The position numbers were made by a program, and so were the translations under genes. Under the pieces are notes generated by a model. It was given only the letters and a program-made list of their open reading frames with translations. It did no database searches and had not been told where the DNA came from. From Pseudomonadaceae bacterium (GTDB taxonomy: Bacteria > Pseudomonadota > Gammaproteobacteria > Pseudomonadales > Azotimanducaceae): DNA of 32,000 nucleotides. Where the stretch lies: NCBI GenBank assembly GCA_024743435.1, contig JANSWO010000008.1, positions 193,491 through 225,490 of the forward strand, read 5' to 3'. Positions 7,677-15,994 of the stretch are shown here, piece by piece (the stretch's first letter is position 1; each line of letters starts with the position of its first letter).

Positions 7677-8249
7677 TCAATGCTCAAGATGCCGTCGCTC
7701 ACCTTCGGGGTCCCCGGGCGGCTCTGTCGTTCCCAACCGAACGCCTGCAGAAAAGGTAAGTGTGGCCGTAGCCAGGCTGCTGAGCGCGTCGCTAATTTCG
7801 GTGGCCAATAGCGCTTCTATCTGAGCCTCGCGCATTGCCACAGCGACTGGAGCGGCCTTTGTCGGTATCGACAACAACCGCGCCCGCACTACTGAAAACA
7901 CTTGCTCGAGAGCCAAAGTTACTTCATTTGCTGGCACGAGCTCATCAGCCAACACGCGGGCTTCCAGCGCCACCTTTCGGCGCTGTTCCCGGGCAAGTTT
8001 CGCGCGCTCCTGCGTATAGTCCAGAATCTGTCCATCCTCATCCGTCATCAAGGCCGCCAGGCGCTGACGCACACCCCACTCGAACACAGTGTTTGGATCG
8101 AATTGGTGCTTCGCGCCGCGCCCGCTGCCTCCACGGCGCAAAACGGGAAGCGGGTCTTCTGGTCGATCGCACCACCGCCTCCCAGTACGAGCATCTCTAT
8201 CAAATAGAGCTGCTATCTGATTGATTTCTATTGTTTCTTTGCCGGACAT
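7677..8249 (-). CDS. phage Nu1-type terminase small subunit homolog (orphan)
   Basis: The N-terminal wHTH segment INQIAALFDRDARTGRRW...LPVLRRGGSGRGAKHQFDPNTVFEW aligns by eye with lambda Nu1 (LADIFGASIRTIQNWQEQGMPVLRGGGKGNEVLYDSAAVIKW). The following Y..ER...A helix region also aligns. No large terminase gene is in the window. Confidence 0.6.
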   Translation of the reverse strand: MSGKETIEINQIAALFDRDARTGRRWCDRPEDPLPVLRRGGSGRGAKHQFDPNTVFEWGVRQRLAALMTDEDGQILDYTQERAKLAREQRRKVALEARVLADELVPANEVTLALEQVFSVVRARLLSIPTKAAPVAVAMREAQIEALLATEISDALSSLATATLTFSAGVRLGTTEPPGDPEGERRHLEH

Positions 8250-8374
8250 CCGTAGAGGACCTGATAGCTATTCAACGACTGCAATGCGAATTACCTGCGG
8301 TCTAACTCACAGGAAGGACCCAAACCACCTTAGAACGCGGGACCTATCCAAGCCAAGCATAAATCAGCCACGGT

Positions 8375-8758
8375 CTACAAATCCGACTGCTCCGCGCGCA
8401 CGTTTTCCGCCAATTCCCCAAGGGTTAAGTCAGCGTACCTTTTGGGCTTGGCCCAGATAGACCAAAGCAGAGAATCAACACGACTAAGGAGACGCAAAAT
8501 GGGGTGACGCTCAGGTTTGTTCATACGAACGCTCGACAACACGTAATGCATGCTCGCGGATGCTTCGGTCGGGAAATGCCGCTCAAAATCTAGATCAGAC
8601 AGCGACACTCCAAATTCGGATTGAACTGAAGATAGAAACTCTTCGGCGGTATCTCCAACAAGTTCAAGCTCCTTCACGATAGACGAAGACATCGAAATTC
8701 TCTCTCGATCCACACCGGAGAACTCAGAAGCTAAATCCACGAGTCTTGCTTCGATCAT
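8375..8758 (-). CDS. putative Rhs immunity protein (DUF1493 / ACP-like)
   Basis: Starts 4 nt after the Rhs stop on the same strand. The motif LELVGDTAEEFLSSVQSEFGVSLSDLDFERHFPTE resembles the DUF1493 pattern as I remember it. The gene is markedly more AT-rich than the toxin tip. Confidence 0.65.
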   Translation of the reverse strand: MIEARLVDLASEFSGVDRERISMSSSIVKELELVGDTAEEFLSSVQSEFGVSLSDLDFERHFPTEASASMHYVLSSVRMNKPERHPILRLLSRVDSLLWSIWAKPKRYADLTLGELAENVRAEQSDL

Positions 8759-8762
8759 TACT

Positions 8763-11700
8763 TTAATAATCTCCGATCAAGCAGGTGCCTTCTTCCTCGC
8801 ACTCGCGCTTACAGCGAGAGAAATCCAGCGAATCTTTCAACGCCAGTCCCCATCCTAGATATGGGACGGCTTTACCTGCCGCACGAGCGCCGTCGCGCCC
8901 CAATCTACGGGCCGCTGGGGTAGGAAGCGCCGCGGCTGCTTTGCTCGCCGGGCTGGTCCAAGGACCAGCTGGACCACCGCCAGCAATCCCACCTCTCGGC
9001 TTTCGAACCACTTTTCCCGTAGCCACAGCAGTTCCTGCAAGAGCTGCCTCCTCATACCCAACTACTTCAGCTAAGCATCGCCTAACACATGGCGATGCAA
9101 CAAAGCCAAATTTCTGACCTTGAACGAACCTAGCGGTCGCATTTCGATCACCGGGTCTGATTTGAGTATCACGCGGAGTCCAACTTAACCCGAAAGCGTC
9201 CGTCCTCGAAATAGGGTTGGCCGCGACATAGGAAAATTGATTCAAACCGCCATCAAGCCCGATTGGGTCCGATTGGCTGTATCTACCCAAACTCGAATCA
9301 TAGTCTCGGAAGTTGTTGTAGCTCGAACCAGATCCATCCTCGACTTGCCCCGGAAAGCGCAGCGGCTGATTTATAACGGACGTTACTTCCGTCACGCCCC
9401 CAAATGGCTTGTAGTTAGCGTCCCACGCGACACTTTGAGAACCATCCGAAATCACTTGCGGCGTTCCGAGATGGTCCGAGTGAACAAAGTTCAACGCAGG
9501 AGGTCCAGCCGGGCCACTGCTCTGGGGCACTAGTCTCACTTCACCGACGTACAGATTTCGTCGTTGTGGGTTATTCCCCGCTGTGATTCGCACTACACCG
9601 GTGCCGGATGCAAACGTGTAGCTACCGACGAGATTCCACTGATCGCCATTCGTCGTCTGATCGAATGCTACTTGCGCGGTTCCGCCATCGTGATCGACGC
9701 TATAAACCGCCTGGGTCGCCGGATTGGCCTGTCCTGATGGCCACTTAACATAGACATCATAGGTATCCGTTGCCGGAACCTGGAGATCCCATGTCCCCGT
9801 ATGGACCGCCGACGACGACGTTGGCACGAGGTAGAACGCATCAAGGGTCGTGATACCTCCTGTTGAGCTCTCAACAGTGACGTCCATGTTGCCAGCCGCT
9901 AGAGGGAGCGCAGAGCCATTAGTTCCCCAGATATTTCCACCCTGTCGCAGATTCACATTTACGGTCACCGGACCGTTCTGTAGGTCCAGCGTGATGGGCA
10001 TCGCCGTGGTGTTCTGGTTCGAGGCAACATGAGTCAGGTACGCGTAATAGTTGCCTGCGGCTGGGATGTTGATGGTCCACGTCGCCGTGGCTGTGCCAGC
10101 GCTCGCGGGCGTCGTCAGGTAGTCCGCATTGATCGCCAGGTTGTCGCTCGCTGTCGTCCAACTGCCGGTCAGCACCGCCTGGTCTTCGTCGACCATGATG
10201 CCGCCCGCGGGTGTGTTCTGAGTTCTCTGTCGCGTGTATCCGCCGCTACCGAGATCCTCCCATTGGCTGAGCCCAGTGAACTGAGAACTCGTGTGATCGA
10301 GCACGATCTCCGAGGCTCCTGATCCCGTCGGCGCGGCGACCATCGCCAGGCGCAGCCCGTCCGCAAAGATGTACTCTCGGATTACGACGCCTTGATCGTC
10401 GGATTCAGCGATCAGCTGACCGTCACGATCGTAGTGGTAGTGAGTGGTCGAACCATCCTCGACTTTCACCACCCGCTGGCCGAGCGCATTGAGCGTGTAG
10501 ACCCCGAGATTGCCGGTGCCGTCATCGACGCTCGTCAGCCGGTTACGGTTGTTGTAGCTCAGGGTGCGGCTGGTGCCATCGTGGCGTACGTCGCTGCTGG
10601 TGTTGCCACCGGCGGTGTAACCCAACGTTCGTGTACTCGCGACGCCATTGTCAGTCCTCGACACCGAGGTCAGCCGATTGTCACTCGTCCCGTAGGCATA
10701 GGTCTCAGTTAGGGTATCGGTCCCATCGACGATCGAACGACTGGTTCGGTTGCCAACCGCATCGTAGCCGTAGTCGATGTCGCCGTAGACACCAGTTGCA
10801 TCGGTTAGGCGATCCAGCGCGTCGTAGACGAACGTTTGCGAACGAGCTGAGTCGATATTGTCGGTGATGGCGGTGATGTTGCTGACGCCGTCGTAGGCGA
10901 TTGTGCGGTCGAAGATGGTAGGGGTCGCGATGCCCGTTAGCCGATAGTCATTATCGTAGGTCAAGGTCGCGGTTAAGCCGTTGCCGTAGGTCCAGCCGGT
11001 GAGGCCTCCAAAGGGCAGGTAGCTCATGGACGAGGCGACGTTCTCGACGCTGCCGCCGCTGGCTTGGGTCGTCACACTGCTGACGCGACTCAGCGCATCT
11101 CGAGACAGTGTCACTACCCGCCCTGATGGATACGTCGTCGTGAGCACGTTGTCAGCCAGATCGTAGGTGTAGCTCGTCACATAGGTCTGGCCACCAAACG
11201 TGCGGGTCTCGGTCAGGACGTTGCCGCGATCGTCGTAGGCGTAGGCTGTTGTCCCGCTCACATCCGCCATGGATGTCAGACGGCCAAGACCATTAGTTCC
11301 AGCATCGTAGGTATACGTCACGTTCTCCGACGTGGCCGCTGGATAGGTGATGCTGGTGACTCGTCCCAGGGCGTCATAGGCGTAATTTTCGACCACTCCG
11401 CGAGGATCCGTGGACTGGGTCATGTTGCCCGCGACGTTGTAGACATTCACCGTTGTACCGGCATCGGCGCTTGCTTCCCGAATCTGTCGATCAAGGCCAT
11501 CGTACGTATACGAGGTCACGACGCCGCGAGGGTCCGTGACCTGAACCAGGTTATCCCGGTCGTCATAGACATAGTCCGTGTCGTTCTGAGCGGGATCCGT
11601 CACGGTGATGAGTCGATCGAGCGCATCGAACACGTTGGACGTGACCCGAGCATTGTCGTCCGTCATAGACGTCTGATTGTTGTTCAGATCGTAGTCGTAG

Positions 11701-13934
11701 GTTGTTGACTGACTAGCGCCGCCAATAATCTCTCTCAGCCGAGACAGCTCATCAAATACTCGAGTCTGGCTCTTTCGGATCGTACTGCCAGCATCACGAA
11801 TGACTTCAGCGGTTTGGTTGCCAGCGGCATCGAGCGTGTACTCAATGCGCTCGCCCAGGCTGTTCTCAACAGCCGTCAATCGGTGCGCCGCGTCGTACTC
11901 GTAATCGAGCGTCGAGCTATCGGGCATCGTGATACTGGTGACCTGGCCGACAGCGTCATAGCCGTAGGTCGTGATCGCATCGCCTTGGGCAGACTTGATG
12001 GTGCTCGTCGTCAGCCAGCCGCGCGCGTTGTACGCGAGCTCAGTGACCACATCATTGACGTCTTCGATGGCCGTGGGCAGCCCGCGAGCATCGCGCGAGC
12101 TGATTTCTGTCACCTGCCCCAGGGGATTGGTGGTGGACAGTAAGTCACCGGCGGTGTCGTAGGTGAACGTTGTGACGTCGGTGACATCAGTACGCGGACC
12201 ATCGATCGTCGCAATCAGACCCTGAGCGTTGTAGGTGTAGGTGGTGGTTTGCGAGGTTCCGGTGGTGGTGTAGGGAACCGTCTGTGTCTGTGTGTCCGTC
12301 GTCGTGCGTGTCAGCAGTCGACCTTCGGCGTCATAGGTCATATCGATCGTTTGGCCGGGGCGGACGATCTGTGTCGGTACACGGAAGTTGGAGTGCCAAG
12401 TGCGGGTCTCGACACGCTCATCGGGCGTGCCCACCGCCTCAGTCTTTGTGAGAAGCAAGCCATTAGAATCGAAGTCGTGGTCAGTAACGTTGCCTTCTGG
12501 ATCTGTCTCGAGATCCACGTAGCCGTTCGAATCGTAGGTGCGCGATTGAACCGTCGCACCACACAAGGCGGTGGCGACTCCTTCGGTACTAACGACCCGC
12601 TCGACACCTTGAACATTCTGGGTGGTAAAAATGGATTGCTTACCGAGTGGATTGGTAAGCGTAACCGTCCCATTTGTATTGAATGCCAACGTGTTCTTAT
12701 CAACACCGCCAGCGTGTTCGCTCGAGATCACGCGACCACTCGAATCGTAGTCCCATGTTGCATATCGATCACCGTTCTCGTCGGTGATGCCAGTCAGCGC
12801 ATTCGGAAAAGCAGAGTCTTCGTAGTGATATGTCCGGACAGGATTGTCATTCGAAACCAACGGAGTCTCGTCTGGATACGTAACCGTCTCCAAACGCCCA
12901 CTTGAATCGTACGAATAGGAATACGTGTTCGAAAGCGGATCAGAAACGCTTACAAGCTGATCAGACTGAATGACGACTGAAAGGCTTCGATTCTGGTCAT
13001 CCGTGATAGATGACAGGCCATTGCTATCATAGGTAAGCGTCAACGCCTGCCCTGCTTTGTTGGTAATGGATGTTAGACGACCATCCACGTCGTACTCTTC
13101 GATCGAATCGTCCGGCGTTGTTACAGTCCACCCGTCCACAACGACAGGATTAGGCGACGTAACGATTGGCGTTAACTGAAAGTCGACATCCGAATCAGCC
13201 TCGTAGATCAACACTGGTGAGGTTGCGGCTACGGAGAACCGGTAGCTACGGCCATCGTCCCTAACTACGTCAAGCAATCCATTAAGATTGCGGACTTCAC
13301 GTGAATAGCTCCACCGCCACTCACCTTCTAGGCTTCGGTAGTACCGGTCGAATCGTAGAGGTAAGTTGGTACCGATTGGACGAATATCGGAGTCTGTCTG
13401 TCGTTTACTTCCGGTACCAATCTCCATCGGATTACCCGCGACATCGCAGCTTCCCTTTTCGGGTTTGTCTTCAACCTCGCACGTACCATTTGGCTGAAGA
13501 GCCCATCCGGCGGGGCAACCACTTCCTGCCGCAGAGTTGTACATGAAATAGGTGCTAACCCCCTCGCAGCTGACGCCGGGGTTAGGCGCAGTTACAAAGC
13601 CCCATCCAGAAGATGGACTCGGGTAAGCACCACCCCAATAAGTGTTCACGGCAGCAGCGTTGAGATTGCAGCTACTGACCACATCGGAAGCGGAAGCTTC
13701 CGCTGCTAAGCATGCTGACTGAGCAAGCGATGGCGAATCGTAGTACCCGCCCGAGATGTACACGCCACAAGCAAGTGACGCGTATGAGGTTAGCGAAAGA
13801 AGGGTTAGTAACGAGAGCTTTATCAGAAGTCGACCGCTACTGAGAAGCCAAGCGGACAACTTGTTGCGTTCGGTGTGATCTCTGAGGTTGGAAAAACCAC
13901 AAGAAACCTTCGGAAAACCACCTAGTGTCGACAT
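8763..13934 (-). CDS. Rhs / YD-repeat polymorphic toxin with Sec-type signal peptide and variable C-terminal toxin domain
   Basis: Dozens of YD repeats (YxYDxxGRL/V type) and the N-terminal GNPMEIGTGSKRQTDSD motif. The RHS core end is FVHSDHLGTPQ...PLRFPGQVED...YNNFRDYDSSLGRYSQSDPIGLDGGLNQFSYVAANPISRTDAFGL. The ATG at 13934 has GGAGG 8 nt upstream; the ORF track starts at TTG 13955. The hydrophobic leader is LLIKLSLLTLLSLTSYASLA. Confidence 0.92.
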   Translation of the reverse strand: MSTLGGFPKVSCGFSNLRDHTERNKLSAWLLSSGRLLIKLSLLTLLSLTSYASLACGVYISGGYYDSPSLAQSACLAAEASASDVVSSCNLNAAAVNTYWGGAYPSPSSGWGFVTAPNPGVSCEGVSTYFMYNSAAGSGCPAGWALQPNGTCEVEDKPEKGSCDVAGNPMEIGTGSKRQTDSDIRPIGTNLPLRFDRYYRSLEGEWRWSYSREVRNLNGLLDVVRDDGRSYRFSVAATSPVLIYEADSDVDFQLTPIVTSPNPVVVDGWTVTTPDDSIEEYDVDGRLTSITNKAGQALTLTYDSNGLSSITDDQNRSLSVVIQSDQLVSVSDPLSNTYSYSYDSSGRLETVTYPDETPLVSNDNPVRTYHYEDSAFPNALTGITDENGDRYATWDYDSSGRVISSEHAGGVDKNTLAFNTNGTVTLTNPLGKQSIFTTQNVQGVERVVSTEGVATALCGATVQSRTYDSNGYVDLETDPEGNVTDHDFDSNGLLLTKTEAVGTPDERVETRTWHSNFRVPTQIVRPGQTIDMTYDAEGRLLTRTTTDTQTQTVPYTTTGTSQTTTYTYNAQGLIATIDGPRTDVTDVTTFTYDTAGDLLSTTNPLGQVTEISSRDARGLPTAIEDVNDVVTELAYNARGWLTTSTIKSAQGDAITTYGYDAVGQVTSITMPDSSTLDYEYDAAHRLTAVENSLGERIEYTLDAAGNQTAEVIRDAGSTIRKSQTRVFDELSRLREIIGGASQSTTYDYDLNNNQTSMTDDNARVTSNVFDALDRLITVTDPAQNDTDYVYDDRDNLVQVTDPRGVVTSYTYDGLDRQIREASADAGTTVNVYNVAGNMTQSTDPRGVVENYAYDALGRVTSITYPAATSENVTYTYDAGTNGLGRLTSMADVSGTTAYAYDDRGNVLTETRTFGGQTYVTSYTYDLADNVLTTTYPSGRVVTLSRDALSRVSSVTTQASGGSVENVASSMSYLPFGGLTGWTYGNGLTATLTYDNDYRLTGIATPTIFDRTIAYDGVSNITAITDNIDSARSQTFVYDALDRLTDATGVYGDIDYGYDAVGNRTSRSIVDGTDTLTETYAYGTSDNRLTSVSRTDNGVASTRTLGYTAGGNTSSDVRHDGTSRTLSYNNRNRLTSVDDGTGNLGVYTLNALGQRVVKVEDGSTTHYHYDRDGQLIAESDDQGVVIREYIFADGLRLAMVAAPTGSGASEIVLDHTSSQFTGLSQWEDLGSGGYTRQRTQNTPAGGIMVDEDQAVLTGSWTTASDNLAINADYLTTPASAGTATATWTINIPAAGNYYAYLTHVASNQNTTAMPITLDLQNGPVTVNVNLRQGGNIWGTNGSALPLAAGNMDVTVESSTGGITTLDAFYLVPTSSSAVHTGTWDLQVPATDTYDVYVKWPSGQANPATQAVYSVDHDGGTAQVAFDQTTNGDQWNLVGSYTFASGTGVVRITAGNNPQRRNLYVGEVRLVPQSSGPAGPPALNFVHSDHLGTPQVISDGSQSVAWDANYKPFGGVTEVTSVINQPLRFPGQVEDGSGSSYNNFRDYDSSLGRYSQSDPIGLDGGLNQFSYVAANPISRTDAFGLSWTPRDTQIRPGDRNATARFVQGQKFGFVASPCVRRCLAEVVGYEEAALAGTAVATGKVVRKPRGGIAGGGPAGPWTSPASKAAAALPTPAARRLGRDGARAAGKAVPYLGWGLALKDSLDFSRCKRECEEEGTCLIGDY

Positions 13935-14333
13935 GCTCACCCTCCCTGGTTGCAATGATCGATTGTGTGAACGAGCTGGCTAGATTCATTCACGCTACTC
14001 ACTCGTCAACGACATGAAACAATCACGAACAAGAAAACGCAAGTAGAGATAAATGAACTCTCTATGAAACCGGGTCCGGAATACCACGCAGTGAGTATCT
14101 GCGAAAAGGTCGACAAGGGAACTTCGCTTTCATCTAGTGCGTTTGGCCATGGGCCAAAACGCGCAGGGACTGCCGGTGCTCGTGGACCTCACATATTTTG
14201 ATCATTAGCGGAGTTCCAGCGCGCTCGCCGAAAAATCGCGCGGGAGAGGCTATGCGTGCTTGAGTCGCCAGCCGCTCCCGCGCTTAGTCGCCAAGCGCTA
14301 GCTAGGCGACCCTCCGGGAAAGATCTTAAGAGG

Positions 14334-14454
14334 GTCCTCACAAACGAGTACGGTACGGTCCTCACCAACGAGTATGGCAAACGCTCGCTCGTCCTCACTC
14401 ATGAGGACTGACTACCTTCACAAACGAGTACGGTCCGTACTCGTTCATGAGGAC
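14334..14454. promoter_or_regulatory. iteron-like repeat cluster (candidate island ori or operator)
   Basis: GTCCTCACAAACGAGTACGG (14334-14353). GGTCCTCACCAACGAGTATGG (14357-14377). Palindrome GTCCTCA-CTCA-TGAGGAC (14391-14408). TCACAAACGAGTACGG (14418-14433) runs into the palindrome AACGAGTACGG-T-CCGTACTCGTT (14423-14445) and CATGAGGAC. Confidence 0.6.
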
Positions 14455-14843
14455 GGTGATTTTTCGTGGCACTGCCATTTTTCTAGCGGCAGGGAGCCAC
14501 AGTCGAAATCAAGTCCTTTCGTTTTTGAGACCGCCAGCCAGCCGAGGGCATACAGACTAGGGATGCGCGCACTCGTACGCCCCCCTTGCCTCGTCACCAC
14601 CAACAGTCCACTCGACGTCAGCTGTCCAAGTGCTCGAGCCATCGAAGCTTTGCTGTTAAAACCAAACTCTCGATAGCGACTGTAGGGAAGCGAAATGTTC
14701 CCATTACTATCTGGCCCAAGGTATTCACAGGCCGCCATCATCAGAAGATGTGGCGACCTGCCGGTTAGTTTTTGATACTCGGCGCTGTAGACGACACGTT
14801 TGGGTATCTGACCAAATCGCTCTCGCCTCTTTCTTGGAGCCAC
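14445..14843 (-). CDS. winged-helix DNA-binding protein, possible replication initiator/regulator
   Basis: 132-aa ORF. It has a basic N-terminus and a wHTH-like segment SKASMARALGQLTSSGLLVVTRQGG. Its 3' end abuts the iteron-like cluster. Confidence 0.6.
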   Translation of the reverse strand: MAPRKRRERFGQIPKRVVYSAEYQKLTGRSPHLLMMAACEYLGPDSNGNISLPYSRYREFGFNSKASMARALGQLTSSGLLVVTRQGGRTSARIPSLYALGWLAVSKTKGLDFDCGSLPLEKWQCHEKSPSS

Positions 14844-14849
14844 GCGAGA

Positions 14850-15197
14850 TCAAGGTCTTTGATCGGCAGTTGAAGTAGGCCCGCCGGCTATTCTTGGGAC
14901 TATTTGGTATCGAAGAACACGCGCCGGAGCGGCAAACCGTGTTGGGACAACTTCCCATATCCCCTGAATCTCGTAACCTTTAGCCCGCAGCGTAGCGATG
15001 GTGCTATTCAGCGCGTGATCGCCTAGATCCTCAGCTTCAAAACGATTTAGGGAACCTGCCTCCAGCGCCTCAAGAATGCGTAGCGCTTTCGTGTTCTTTC
15101 GGGGTCGGTTACTATCGAGGGCGTGTTGTTTGGCGACGACACTTCCCACCTCACGATCGTGTAACACTAGCCCCGCATTCGTGCGGGGTATCTCCAT
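14850..15197 (-). CDS. winged-helix (HTH) domain protein
   Basis: 115-aa ORF. ILEALEAGSLNRFEAEDLGDHALNSTIATLRAKGYEI resembles small wHTH proteins of islands and satellites. Its start overlaps the upstream stop (TAATG). Confidence 0.6.
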   Translation of the reverse strand: MEIPRTNAGLVLHDREVGSVVAKQHALDSNRPRKNTKALRILEALEAGSLNRFEAEDLGDHALNSTIATLRAKGYEIQGIWEVVPTRFAAPARVLRYQIVPRIAGGPTSTADQRP

Positions 15198-15430
15198 TAC
15201 GCGGCCCCCTTATCTTGCAGTACGAAAGCTTCGAGATAGTCTCGGGTCGAGAACATGGCAGCGTTGCCCATGAAAAAACTCGGGACCAGATTTAGCCGTT
15301 TTTCATGGCGCCATTGCGTAACAGAGGAAATCCCCAAACTCTCTCGGAGGGCTGTTCGGCGCTCAAACGTGGGATTAAGACCATGATCGGCTACAAGCCG
15401 GTCGATCTTCTCTTCGGTACTGAGAATCAT
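15197..15430 (-). CDS. AlpA-like HTH regulator / excisionase
   Basis: 77-aa ORF with AAGGTGA SD. The segment LRESLGISSVTQWRHEKRLNLVPSFFMGNAAMFSTRDYLEAFV fits the AlpA / MerR-type excisionase layout. Position between int and the replication-like genes is typical. Confidence 0.55.
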   Translation of the reverse strand: MILSTEEKIDRLVADHGLNPTFERRTALRESLGISSVTQWRHEKRLNLVPSFFMGNAAMFSTRDYLEAFVLQDKGAA

Positions 15431-15487
15431 GTATCACCTTACTTTAATGAGGTGATACCAACTGTAATGGTCGATCCCAGGTGGGAA

Positions 15488-15994
15488 TCAATAGGGCTCT
15501 TTAACACCCCCCCTATCGGCGTTTTCATATGAACGCGCAACGGCTTGCGCGAGAAGTGCCGTTACCTGCATCTTCTGAGCGTCATTCAAGTTCGCAGATC
15601 GCTTCATCTCTTTAAGCTTGTCCTTCTTCATTCCGAGCGACCGAGCGATTGGCGCTGTACCGAAAAGTAACGCCAAGCCCGCAAGGATGAACGCACGCCC
15701 TTTTACGAAACGATTGCTACCGCTAGGGTTCTTGAAAACCTCGGTCGGATCCTCCCCTGTCGACATACGGCGGAACATATCAACCAGGTCATCAAGATGC
15801 TCAGCGATCACCTGACTATCGGGATAATCGTGCTCTCTTTCCCTAGCCTGTAGCACCTCCAAGATTCGCGTGTAATTCGAAAGCCGCTTCTTGGAAATGT
15901 GCTGATCCGTAAGCTCCTCTACCGATGAGACCTCATAGGCCTCGAATATCACTTTCACAGCACGATCGGCTGCCGCTTGTTCTTCTTGCCCCAT
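15488..15994 (-). CDS. hypothetical protein (168 aa)
   Basis: The ATG at 15994 has a strong SD (TAAGGAGGCGATTCGATG) embedded in the last 40 nt of int. An alternative GTG at 15958 overlaps the int stop (GTGA). No domain recognised. Confidence 0.6.
   Translation of the reverse strand: MGQEEQAAADRAVKVIFEAYEVSSVEELTDQHISKKRLSNYTRILEVLQAREREHDYPDSQVIAEHLDDLVDMFRRMSTGEDPTEVFKNPSGSNRFVKGRAFILAGLALLFGTAPIARSLGMKKDKLKEMKRSANLNDAQKMQVTALLAQAVARSYENADRGGVKEPY

Noticed and set aside
8785-9117. 110-aa plus-strand ORF and 8855..9061 minus-strand ORF within the Rhs tip
   Set aside because: The local GC-rich stretch leaves several frames open. The Rhs frame is continuous with the conserved core motif.
9237-12905. 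Multiple antisense or shifted ORFs inside the Rhs gene (e.g. 12249..12905, 218 aa)
   Set aside because: They are by-products of repetitive YD-repeat codon usage. The sense frame carries the repeat consensus throughout.
14189-14676. ORFs 14189..14398 (-) and 14374..14676 (+)
   Set aside because: The first simply translates the iterons (PYSLVRT/PYSFVRT). The second is antisense to the wHTH gene. Neither has an SD.
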